In this document: piece after piece, positions 1 to 12,300 of the stretch
How positions within the stretch are numbered: position 1 is the stretch's first letter
Layout of the letters: every line of letters starts with the position of its first letter
Assembly: GCA_002269645.1 (NCBI GenBank)
Contig: NIVC01000856.1
Coordinates: 248,001-312,000 of the forward strand
Direction: 5' to 3'
Origin: Macrostomum lignano
Taxonomy: Eukaryota
Length of the DNA: 64,000 nucleotides
The notes under the pieces: model-generated
Database searches by the model: none
What the model was told of the DNA's origin: nothing
The model's input: only the letters and a program-made list of their open reading frames with translations
Translations under genes and position numbers: made by a program

Positions 1-119
1 TGTGACAGTACTTCTGTAGCTTTAATTAAGAGCTTGGATACCCCCTCCGACCAGGAACGTTTAAAACTGCATGGTGATTTCTGAATTTTCATTCAGCTAC
101 CAATAGTTCGCTACAATAC

Positions 120-2599
120 CTTCTTCCTTCCGTTCAGCTTCTCCTGCTCCATCAGAAAAGCGTCCAGGAAGTCGTTTGGCGAGCTGACTCCGGCCAGCTG
201 GGCCCGGTGAGCGTCGATTTGCATCTGGCAGAAGCCGTGCGTCACCTTCAGATTCCGCTGCACAACGTACACGTCAACGCCGAGCAGCTCTAGCAGGCGC
301 ATCACTCCCGGGATCTGGTACAGCAACGGAAATCCCACCGGGATGAATCTGGCCAAGTCGCCGCCCTGCAGATTCTCCTGGGTGGCCGCGAGGAAAGCTT
401 CGAACCGGTCGTCCTGGGAGCCAGCCCGATAGCCGAACAGCATCACGCTGATGACGTTGGCGATGGCCCGGCAGAGCACTTCAGTGGTGTCCACGCCAGC
501 TTCGCCAGCCGTGTTGAACTGATCGCGCAGGTCCTGCAGCTCCTGATGGATTGAGTCCTCGGTGCCGGCTCGCGCAAATCCGAAATCGCGAAGAACCTGA
601 CGATGTGTGGAGTTGCATGGTACTTACGGTGGTGCAACATACTCACTGGGTTGATCATTCATTACTTAAACTCTACTGTGAGGTGTTCCTAATAAAGAAC
701 GTAATTTTTAAGATTATAAAATCTGGAAAGGTTTATATTTGTGCCTTGGGCATCTCAAATGTCCACGTCCGACCAACGAAAGGCCCACCTTGAGAGCAAA
801 CCGCCTGTGCTCGCGCCACAGCTCGCCTTCTGAGGACACGATGCCCTTTCCGTGCGTAAGGCTGTTTATATAGTTGGAATTCATCCGACCGCTGAACACA
901 TCGCCGAATTCCTGCGAGGCCAGAGCCTCCTTGACGGCCGCATAGCTGTTCAACACGACGAACCGACGTGCGCCGAGTCTGTAGCTGACCAGGTCGCCGT
1001 AGCGTTTGCGCCAATCTGCGTGAGCAGCCAGGAATGTCGGCCGAGGCAGGTTCGGCAGGTTGCCTAGCAGAGGCCATCCTAAAATGAGGATTTATTTGGG
1101 ATTTCGCTTTGATACGAGCTGCATCTCAAAACCTTTGAAACCGGACAAAATTTCACGACGCCTAATGGCACCTCAACTCAACCACGGATTGATCTCAAAT
1201 TGGAGATTAGTACCTGAATTTTATTATCTCTAATTGGAGATTAGTACCTGGATGACGTGATTTCTAATTGGAGATTAATACCTGGATGATGTGATCTCTA
1301 ATTGGAGAAATTAGTACCTGGATTTTATGATCTCTAATTGGAGATAAATACCTGAATGATGTGATCTCTAATTGGAGAAATTAGTACCTGGATTTTATGA
1401 TCTCTAATTGGAGATAAATACCTGAATGACGTGATCTCTAATTGGAGATAAATACCTGAATGATGTGATTTCTAATTGGAGATAAATACCTGAATGACGT
1501 GATTTCTAATTGGAGATAAATACCTGAATGATGTGATTTCTAATTGGAGATAAATACCTGAATGACGTGATTTCTAATTGGAGATAAATACCTGAATGAT
1601 GTGATTTCTAATTGGAGATAAATACCTGAATGACGTGATTTCTAATTGGAGATAAATACCTGAATGATGTGATTTCTAATTGGAGATAAATACCTGAATG
1701 ACGTGATTTCTAATTGGAGATTAATACCTGGATGACGTGATCTCTAATTGGAGATAAATACCTGAATGATGTGATTTCTAATTGGAGATAAATACCTGAA
1801 TGACGTGATTTCTAATTGGAGATAAATACCTGAATGATGTGATTTCTAATTGGAGATAAATACCTGAATGACGTGATTTCTAATTGGAGATAAATACCTG
1901 AATGATGTGATTTCTAATTGGAGATAAATACCTGAATGACGTGATTTCTAATTGGAGATAAATACCTGAATGATGTGATTTCTAATTGGAGATAAATACC
2001 TGGATGACGTGATCTCTAATTGGAGATAAATACCTGAATGATGTGATTTCTAATTGGAGATAAATACCTGAATGACGTGATTTCTAATTGGAGATAAATA
2101 CCTGAATGATGTGATTTCTAATTGGAGATAAATACCTGAATGACGTGATTTCTAATTGGAGATAAATACCTGAATGATGTGATTTCTAATTGGAGATAAA
2201 TACCTGAATGATGTGATTTCTAATTGGAGATAAATACCTGAATGACGTGATTTCTAATTGGAGATAAATACCTGAATGATGTGATTTCTAATTGGAGATA
2301 AATACCTGAATGATGTGATTTCTAATTGGAGATAAATACCTGAATGACGTGATTTCTAATTGGAGATTAGTACCTGGATTCCATAACCTCTAATTGAAGA
2401 TTAATACCTGGATCAGGGTGGTCAGTGGGTTATTAACTGCGAACACCAGCATACCTGGCGGACCAGGGGGCGAACGGCGGCGGCGGTGCCTGGCGCCTCT
2501 GTAGAACAGCCAAACTGCGGCTACAGTCGCCACCGAAACAGCGGCAATGGTGGTCACGGATGACGAAGGAAGAGACCGGTTTAGCTGAGACAGCAACAT
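120..2599 (-). CDS. Cytochrome P450, CYP2-clan-like, 5' part (exons 2599-2455, 1078-789, 596-120; continues beyond the left edge)
   Basis: Spliced reading gives a hydrophobic N-terminal anchor, then RRRRSPPGPPG/WPLLGNL (proline-rich hinge), VVLNSYAAVKEAL, FSGR, GIVSSEGELWREHRRFALK/VLRDFG (WxxxR C-helix), AIANVISVMLFG and DFLDAFL. All introns are GT-AG with phases 1,0,0. The heme motif lies outside the window. Confidence 0.93.
1190..2412. repeat. 34-bp minisatellite filling CYP intron 1
   Basis: Unit tctaattggagataaatacctgaatga(t/c)gtgatt repeated about 35 times; T and C variants often alternate. Confidence 0.95.
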
Positions 2600-3849
2600 G
2601 ACAAAGTCTGCTGCGATTGTCTGCTTGGTGGCTCAGGTAGTGCACTGGATTCTGCTGTGTCCAAACTATAGCTACAGCAAGCTTATTGCTTTTTCGACAG
2701 TGAGTGCCTCTACTCTTATCTTTTCTAATCTATCAGGTTGAGCTTTATTGAGCTGCGGGGACGTGGAGACTTGAGCTTGAGTTTGAGCTGTCTCCAACGC
2801 TATTTAGCCTATTACTTATGTTTAATACGTCTGTCATGCCGACATATATCAGATAGCTATTCGCTCGTATCGCAGGTAAATGTACAAGGGGCCCTTGCTA
2901 TGAAATTAGGATTAGGTGTCAAGATTCGAGAGTCTCCTCGCTTGTAACAATTATTAACTCTTAACCCCATCTTATAAAGTTGCGCAAAACCCCGCCTCCT
3001 AGCTGCACTCTGTCGTTCTTAGGACAGACCACAGATACTATAATGACTAGATCTGGGCCACTCAGCACATTTGCGTGTAAGCTACTTTCAGTTCAGTAGT
3101 AAGTTAAACTGAAGCATTTTTAAGACAAGCTCATTTTTTGGCTCGTACCCCCCCCCCATCCAAGCTTAAACCCTCAAACTCCACCCAGAACCTCTACCAC
3201 TGCCCCGCGACCCGATTTTTACTACCTTCTTCGGTTGTTCCAACCTAAATCTGCCATGTACACTTCAGTGGCTAATGTACATTATGGCTGAACCAATTAG
3301 CAAGCTGTTTACGCTGCAGGCGTAACTTGGCTTCTAAACTTATCAAAGTCATCTCGGCTGCCTTTATTTTTATAAAATAGCTTATGTATTCTTCATTGCT
3401 ACTGAACTGAAAGTAGAAAGCTGTTTCACTAAGTATATATGCCTGCGCCAAGGAATATTGATTCTTTTATCTGACAAATTTGCTGTTGCTAGCCATGATT
3501 TATGCAACAATTCGTATTTTTAACAGAAGAAAATATTGTTTGTAGTCCTGCATGCGCAGTGAACAGACAAGGGTCAAGTACTTGCGTACTCGGATCTTTA
3601 CCTGGCTGCAAAATTTATTCAGCCAACATAGCCAACAAACACTGAACTGACAAGTCCCATTACACGTACAATAGGCAGAATTTATAACGACAAAGGATTC
3701 AGACAAGCATGGGAATAATCAGAACGAGAAATATGGCTAAAATTAGGCACCCGTCAGAGTAAATTATTGTAATGTCTGTTTCTACGAGTATTTAATTTTA
3801 GAAGCTCCATATTTTAGAAGCTCCATAATAATAATATTAATAATAATAG

Positions 3850-4112
3850 ACTACACCTGTCCTAATAGGCAGATGTGCAACCGACAGCTCAGCCGCAGCT
3901 ATTGCGCGGCACATCTGAAGGTTGCAGTACGGCTGTTCAGTGCAAGGACTGGGTGGTCGCCACACACACCCTCAATTACCCCAGCTAATGCTGGCACCCA
4001 TTTTACAGCTGGCTGAATTGAAGTAGTGCAGAGTTGAGCGTCTTGCTCAAGGACGCAAATTGTTCCGAGTGACTCGAGAATCGAACCCCCGACCTTTCGT
4101 TGTGCTTGAACG
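3850..4112 (-). mobile_element. tRNA-derived SINE family A, copy 1 (5' end degraded)
   Basis: Reverse-complement match to the copy at 11061-11335; contains gaatcgaaccc (B box on the minus strand). Confidence 0.85.
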
Positions 4113-4307
4113 CGGCTGTCTATGGCATGATATAATTTTAGCTTCCATTAAGAAAGCATTTAGAGGTTTTGCGTTTTGGACGAATTCAATTGCAAATAAA
4201 ATGAATATTTGTGCAATCCCGGATGCCTGACACTGATGGATGAGTGGTGCGCTAATCTAGAGTCACAGTCACAATCCGTGTTGGGCGAGTATTGTTTAAG
4301 TCACTTC

Positions 4308-4630
4308 TGCGTACCAAGTACCGAGTACCGAGTACTGAGTATCGAGTACCGAGTACCAAGTACCAAGTACCAAGTGCCGAGTACCAAGTACCAAGTACCG
4401 AGTACCGAGTACCAAGTACCAAGTACCGAGTACCGAGTACCGAGTACCAAGTGCCGAGTACCAAGTACCGAGTACCGAGTACCGAGTACCGAGTACCAAG
4501 TACCAAGTACCGAGTACCAAGTACCAAGTACCAAGTGCCGAGTACCAAGTACCAAGTACCGAGTACCGAGTACCAAGTACCAAGTACCGAGTACCGAGTA
4601 CCAAGTACCAAGTGCCGAGTACCGAGTACT
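4308..4630. repeat. 7-bp microsatellite (cc[g/a]agta)n
   Basis: Direct inspection; explains the spurious STEYRVP/VLGTRY ORFs. Confidence 0.95.
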
Positions 4631-4826
4631 CGTCCAGCCCTGGCAGGAAAAAAACTAACAAAAAACTGACTTTTTCCGGTGAAGTTGTTGCATTGTAACT
4701 CACAATGCAACGCAATGGCTGCTGAATCAGAAGTTTTCAGGCCATGAATTCAGTAAATAATAGTTTTGTCAATATACGAGTTGTTGTATTTTACATGAAG
4801 TAGGCGCACATTTGTACGAGAAAATA

Positions 4827-5243
4827 CAGGTAGTGTTGGTTTTTGCATGCCAAGTGAGACACTTTTCAAGCAATCTGAGACTGAATAGCAAAAACACTAC
4901 TGTCTATGGCCACCCCTCGCTGCAGCCCAGCTTTTTGGGATCGCCTTGCAAGCAAAGTGAGAAATTTTTTAAAGCTAAGTGAGAACCATATTGAAAACAA
5001 AGGGGTGGTTTTACGAAATTAAAAGGGGTGGTTGCTTGTTAGACGCAGTTGATTTGCCATAGCCCAGCCTTTGTTTTCAATATGGTTCTCACTCAGCTTT
5101 AAAAAATTTCTCACTTTGCTTGCAAGGCGATCCCAAAAAGTTGGGCTGCAGCGAGGGGTGGCCATAGACAATAGTGTTTTTGCTATTCAGTCTCAGATTG
5201 CTTGAAAAATGTCTCACTTAGCATGCAAAAACCAACACTACTG
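4827..5243. mobile_element. Fold-back / MITE-like element with about 175-bp inverted arms
   Basis: 4830-5003 (gtagtgttggtttttgcatgc...gaaaacaaagg) is the near-perfect reverse complement of 5068-5241, with a spacer of about 65 bp. No clear TSD. Confidence 0.8.
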
Positions 5244-5703
5244 CTTTGTCAGCTAAGTTGAGCGAGAGAGACGAGTCTATGGGAGAAATTGCTGCTGGCA
5301 TTCTTTGTGCTGATGTCTATGACCGAATTGTCTATGGACAAATAAAGGCCAGGCCAAGGCATATCGGCGAGTCGGCCCGGTTTTGTAAAGACCCAAAAAG
5401 CCTTCACTTCCAGAAGATCTACTGGCTAGATTTCTATGGGTTGGCTCAACTATCGACTTGGCTGACAAAAGCAACTCTTAACCAAACATTGCTGATAGCG
5501 CAGGTTTTCAGAAATAATTTCTTGTACGTTTAGTTGGTAGCATGGTAGCAAGGTAACACACAATAAGACACAGCGATACATTATAGTGCACTTATACTTG
5601 TGCACATAATACAATAAGCTGCAGTCAGTAAAGTTTTGTACTAAAAAAACTTCAAGAGTACGCCATTAGTCTATCTGCATTTTTGCCGCCTGATCGCGGC
5701 TGT

Positions 5704-7430
5704 CTATTCGGGCAGCTCGCTGAATCCAAACGAGGCGCCGCCCTCGCAGGAGGCCGACAGCTGCTGCTCCTCGGGCAGCGGCAGCTGACGCGGCGGCTTG
5801 GCGGCGGCCACCGTGGCACCGTCGAGGGTGAACTTGTATTTGGTTCCCCGTGGTCCCGGCAGGATCCAGATGCGGGCCTTCTTCGAACCCAAGTCGAAGT
5901 CCACGGTGGAGCCCATGTCGCTGAAGTCGTCCTTGGAATTCAATTGGTGTCGTGAGTTCGAAAGGAACAGAGAGATCAAAACTAAAGCAGCTTACCGTCG
6001 TTTCCATGAGCTGATCGTTGCACCAGACCTCCAGTGTGTCCTTGCCTGCAAAAGTCAACGGTGATCAATCAATTATAGCTGTTGCAAGTGCATTAAAAAG
6101 TTATAAATTATTTAGTGGATGAAAGTTGGACGGTAAACCAGGTAGAGACCACCAGAAAATTGATAATCTTCACACTCGCAAGTTCCCAGTGGTAAATTCG
6201 TAAACTAACAGCGTTACAGTTGGGCTTGAAAAGCGACGATGAAATAAAAAATTCGCCCCACAGGCAGATAGAGGGTTTTTTATCAATGATAAAAAAGTTT
6301 ATAAGGGAGGCACAGTAAAAAGGGGGGTTGATCACCAGAAAATCGATTAATTTGACCCAGTCCACACGGGTAGAGGGTTTTTTATCAACGATAAAAAAGT
6401 TTATAAGGGAGGCACAGTAAAAAGGGGGGTTGATCACCAGAAAATCGATTAATTTGACTCAGACCTCACGGGTAGAGGGTTTATTGTCAACGATAAAGAA
6501 GTTTATAAGGGAGGCACAGTAAAAAGGGGGGTCAATCACAATCACCAGAAAATCGATAAATTAACCCATACCTCACGGGTAGAGGGTTATTGTCAACGAT
6601 AAAGGAGTTTATAAGGGAGGCACAGTAAAAAGGGGGCTTGAACACCAGAAAATCGATTAATTTGACCCAGTCCACACGGGTAGAGGGTTATTGTCAACGA
6701 TAAAGAAGTTTATAAGGGAGGCACAGTAAAAAGGGGGGTTGATCACCAGAAAATCGATTAATTTGACCCAGTCCACACGGGTAGATGGTTTTATTGTCAA
6801 CGATAAAGAAGCTTATAAGGGAGGCACAGTAAAAAGGGGGGTCAATCACAATCACCAGAAAATCGATAAATTAACCCATACCTCACGGGTAGAGGGTTAT
6901 TGTCAACGATAAAGAAGTTTATAAGGGAGGCACAGTAAAAAGGGGGCTTGAACACCAGAAAATCGATTAATTTGACCCAGTCCACACGGGTAGAGGGTTA
7001 TTGTCAACGATAAAGAAGTTTATAAGGGAGGCACAGTAAAAAGGGGGGTTGATCACCAGAAAATCGATTAATTTGACCCAGTCCACACGGGTAGATGGTT
7101 TTATTGTCAACGATAAAGAAGCTTATAAGGGAGGCACAGTAAAAAGGGGGCTTGAACACCAGAAAATCGATAACTCTCACCCAGCCCACACGGGCAGAGG
7201 GTTTTATTATCAACGATAATAGAAGCCGATTCAACTCACTAAGAGCGACGCTAAAGTGCACCCCATCGACGCGCACATTCCACACAGCGGTCTCCTCCGT
7301 GGGCAGGTAGGAATCAACAGGCATGGCGGTTCGTGGCCGGGCAACCTTTTTCGGCTTCTGCTTCGGTTGGCGCAGCTTAGAAGCGGCCGACTTGCCCGAG
7401 GTCAGAATGATCGACATGGGGCGATATTTC
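5704..7430 (-). CDS. FAIM (Fas apoptotic inhibitory molecule)-like domain; exons 7430-7240, 6045-5996, 5931-5704
   Basis: Spliced peptide ETAVWNVRVDGVHFSVALS/KDTLEVWCNDQLMETT/DDFSDMGSTVDFDLGSKKARIWILPGPRGTKYKFTLDG resembles the FAIM C-terminal domain as I recall it (TWVLHMDGENFRIVLEKD.MDVWCNG...ETAGEFVDDGTETHF). GT-AG sites are phase-consistent (1,0); stop TAG at 5706-5704. Confidence 0.8.
6270..7215. repeat. About 103-110-bp tandem repeat in the FAIM intron
   Basis: Recurring accagaaaatcgattaatttgacccagtccacacgggtagaggg...gtttataagggaggcacagtaaaaagggggg, about 9 copies. Confidence 0.9.
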
Positions 7431-8084
7431 CTAGAGAAACTAACCAGCGATGTAAAGAGCCAAAATAGGAGTCGGCAAGAATTGACTAGGCTGGTCTGCT
7501 TGACTTATTACCGCTTTTGCTGGCTTGTGATCCCCTCTCGGAGTGGGAATGCCTCTCGTACAATTCCTTCCCTCAGCCTCGCTATTGTTTCGCTCCCTGC
7601 CGTGTCTCTTCGTCTCCCAAATCTCACTTTCAAGCAGGCAAGCCTCCTCCTCCACGAGTACACTCGGCCAGACTCCTCTCCTGTCTTCCATCAGAAGTCT
7701 CTCTTCCGCAGGCAATTCCTCTCCCGCTCGGAGAAATCTCGTCGCTATGGCAAAGAGAAAAACCATTTTTTGCCTAAACACATTAGCTGCTATGGGCCGC
7801 CTCCGTCACAGCCAACCAAGAGACAGACAGGCACGAGCACGCCACCTAAACTGTTTTCTCCTCTGGCCTCCCGCTCTACCAAAAGCTGAAAACACTTCCC
7901 CAGCCCTTGCCCGCAGTAACTCTGGTCCGTCCAGAGGAAGTACGAGTGAGAGCTCCACGCTGAATCGATACCCGCGTCGAAGAAAATAGCCTGCTTGCTG
8001 GGAACACGTTCCGTCCTTGACGTCCACTTTTACTCTCGGTCCACTGCCTTTCAGCTGCTCTTGAGCCCTGCTTAACTATGCATC

Positions 8085-8970
<886 letters not shown>

Positions 8971-9398
8971 TGTCTTTCTACCACTTCGAGCTGACAGAAG
9001 TAAATGTTTAAATTGTTAAGTTAGTTGATCTATTTAAGAGCTAAAAACGTGTGACAAAGGCGCCGAATGCAATCGGTTCAAGGTACAATTACGAGCTACG
9101 TGCAGATATTTGCGGTGCATGTTGTAGACTAATAATTTAAGTTACTTATTAGTAGCATTTTAAGCGCATTATGGGAACTTTTTATGCTTTTTGATTCGCA
9201 ATAAAGCGAGATATTCAGAGATATAAAAATGGTGGATAAGCGGTTTTTGTATCAGCGTAGATATAAAAAGAAATGGCACTAATAAACATTGTGTGGCTAC
9301 ATGGCTGGATTAACATCAGAACAGGATTGTGGATAAACAAGAGCTGTGGAGTAAAATTTGGAAGTTCAACGCTTGTACTGCGACACGTTCTTTTTCTG

Positions 9399-12300
9399 TT
9401 ACTTTTTGTTCTGCTGATTCCCAGAATTCTGTTTTCGCTGCGTTGATTGAGCAGCCTTTTTTGGCTTCGGATTTTCCTCCACCTGTGGACTGTCGTCGGT
9501 CTTGCTCGTCTTGGTCGGAGTTTCTGAAGGAGCTGAGGCCTGCACTGCGGGTGGCGAGGCGTTTTGCGTGTTAGTTTGTACGGCAGGTTGCACGGCAGGT
9601 TGCACGGCAGGTTGCACGGCAGGTTGCACGGCAGGTTGCACGGCAGGTTGCACGGCAGGTTGCACGGCAGGTTGCACGGCAGGTTGCACAGCAGGTTGCA
9701 CGGCAGGTTGCACGGCAGGTTGCACGGCAGGTTGCACGGCAGGTTGCACGGCAGGTTGCACAGCAGGTTGCACGGCACTTTGCACGGCAGGTTGCACGGC
9801 AGGTTGCACGGCAGGTTGCACGCCGGTCCCAACATTGGCCGCTTCTCCAGCTGGCACCGGCTCGGTGGAAGGCGGGGCGCCATCTTTCAGCTTAGCCTGG
9901 CGCTGCATCCGCTGCACAGCTCGCACAATGGAGCGCAACTTCATGAACCTTTCGCTGACAGCCCGCTTCTCCGGGTCCTGCTGCAGCAGACTGCTTGGGT
10001 CGCGGTTTAAGTTCACCTTGAGGAAGCCGCGGCGGATGGCTTCGGCAGCGTCAAGGCGAGCTCCGTCGCCAAGGCCCGAGTAGCTCCCGTCGGCCGGGTC
10101 GAGTAGGCCGAGCTCAACGGCGCGGGAGAAGCCGACAATTTCCTGGACAGTTGACAAATTTGGTAAGTCAATTAATCTTCTTTGACCCAGTGCGGTCGGG
10201 TACCATGCAATACGCAACATACAAGGACGCAATCTCCTGCGTAACCTGCGTCAAAAGCAGTTCACGCGCACTGGTGCTTATACCTTATTTCGCTGGTCAA
10301 CAACTCCAACAACTGTGAAACTCTGCATGATCTCTTCTCCCTCTTCCTCGGCGCCGCCGCCGCTGCCGCCGTAGTAGTCCACAGCAACCAGTCCCTGACG
10401 GAGGGCCTCCGTCATCGGCAGGCCGACGCCGCCGGCGCCGCGGTAGAGTCCTGCGGTCGGGTCGATGATGCCCGATTCGATGGCCGCCTTGGCTGTCAAC
10501 CAGGCGCCATTAGATGGGTCCACAGCGTGGCTGACTACAAACGGACGCGTCTCCCGTCGAGTTCGAATAGTGATGACGCCATAGCTGCGCTCCTCGTCTT
10601 TTGTGACCTCGCTGGTGGCTGCCTCGACTCGGATTAGTTGCTGGGTCATTGCCTCGGCCGTGGCCAGACGCTCGCGGGTGGCCGTGTTCACGTAGCTGGA
10701 CATGTCCGCGCTGATTATGCCGCAAGCGATGGCGTCTTCTAGAGACACATAGTCATTCCGCCTGTGATCTGGTGGCGGCAGCGGTGGGATAGAACGCTAA
10801 GAAGTGACTTTTTGTAAGCAATGCTTCTCCGGCACCATGGGATAACAAAGACGTAAATAATAATTCGGTGTGATTGATATCTTGAAGTTACAAGTGTGCG
10901 CATCCATTGTGGACCACAGATACTAAAATCACCGCGACTTTTTATATGGTCGATTCTGATTCATTAAAGGTAAGTAAAAGTCCAGCATAATTTAATTTGT
11001 AACAATAATACCATTTCCATACAGAGCTTTTCATACCAATTTCATCCTGGATGATTCCATGGGGTTGCAGCCTAGTGGTCAGAGCGTCGGACTCACGGCT
11101 GAAAGGTCGGGGGTTCGATTCTCGACCCACTCGAAACAATTTGTGTCCTTGAGCAAGAGACTTAACCTAGCTGTAAAATGGGTGCCAGCATTAGCTGGGG
11201 TAATTGAGGGTGTGTGCGGTGACCCCCCAGTCCTTGCACTGAACAGCCGTACGCAGCCTTCAGATGCGCCGAGCAATAGCTGCGGCTGAGCTGTCGGTTC
11301 CACATCTACCCATTGAGGCAGGTGTAATCAATTATTTGTATTACCTGGATGATTCTGGTTCCGGAATCCAGTCGTAAAAGCCCCTTAGTAACACAAAAAC
11401 GATTGCAATGTGCTTTTCCATTTTCCTGACTTATCAAGAAATTTGTAAAAACATGTCGGAAAGTTCAACTCACCGAATATTCCAGTGATAACGTAGCGCG
11501 TTTTCTCCTCTTTGGAGTGACGTCTCAGCTCGGACGAGTCAGTGGTTGAGTGCTTCTCAGCCGTGAGCAGAAAAGGATCATCCCAGGCCTCCTTCTGAGT
11601 GTCCGTTTCCAGCTGAATTTCGGATAGCCAGAGCCTAGAGAGGGTCATTTTCAGTAGCTAGTGGTTCTCATATGAGGTTGATTAAGTCACGTGACTCACT
11701 TTGACAAATCGTCTTGAGTAATTGCCTTCAAATCTAGCAGAGATTTGTGCACCAGCATGTGACCCTGGGAGGTCATGACCTCATCGCGTGCTCCCATGGC
11801 AATCCAACGTTGGATGACCGGCTGCGGGGTGAAAAATCTCATTGCAGTGAGTTTCCATTGAGCTTCGATATAACAAATTACAGTACTTACTCTTCTAATC
11901 TATTCTTACCTCCAAGAGCTTGAACACGGTGACAATTACTGTCGTGTCCTCAAATAGGAAAAAGTCATCGGCAGGAAATAACGACTTTCTGTCGCCGTCT
12001 GAAAGAATGTTATTTTGTCTTTGTGATTGGCAAATATCTCTACGCAGGCTTAGTTTACTGGTACTTGGCTTTTTCTAATAAAGACGTGCGTTTATCCATC
12101 AACTTATTTCTATACCTTTTCGCACCGAGGAGTCCAGCACGGCGGACAGGTATTTGAGCTTGTCATTAGCCAGACTGAAGCCCGGGTGGCTGGACCAATT
12201 GGAGCTGAATAAGTGCCAGAATTTCTGCACTAGGTAGCGCAGATCTCTGATCTCGCACTCGGACAGATAGTTGAAGTACTGCTTCTGAAATGTCCGGTCA

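Noticed and set aside
7512-7990. Additional plectin-repeat exon between the plakin and FAIM parts
   Set aside because: A donor-like site exists at 7511 but every minus frame has stops and no convincing acceptor; left unannotated.
11061-11135. Functional tRNA gene
   Set aside because: Acceptor stem and anticodon loop are imperfect, and the head continues into a body shared by four dispersed copies, so it is a SINE.
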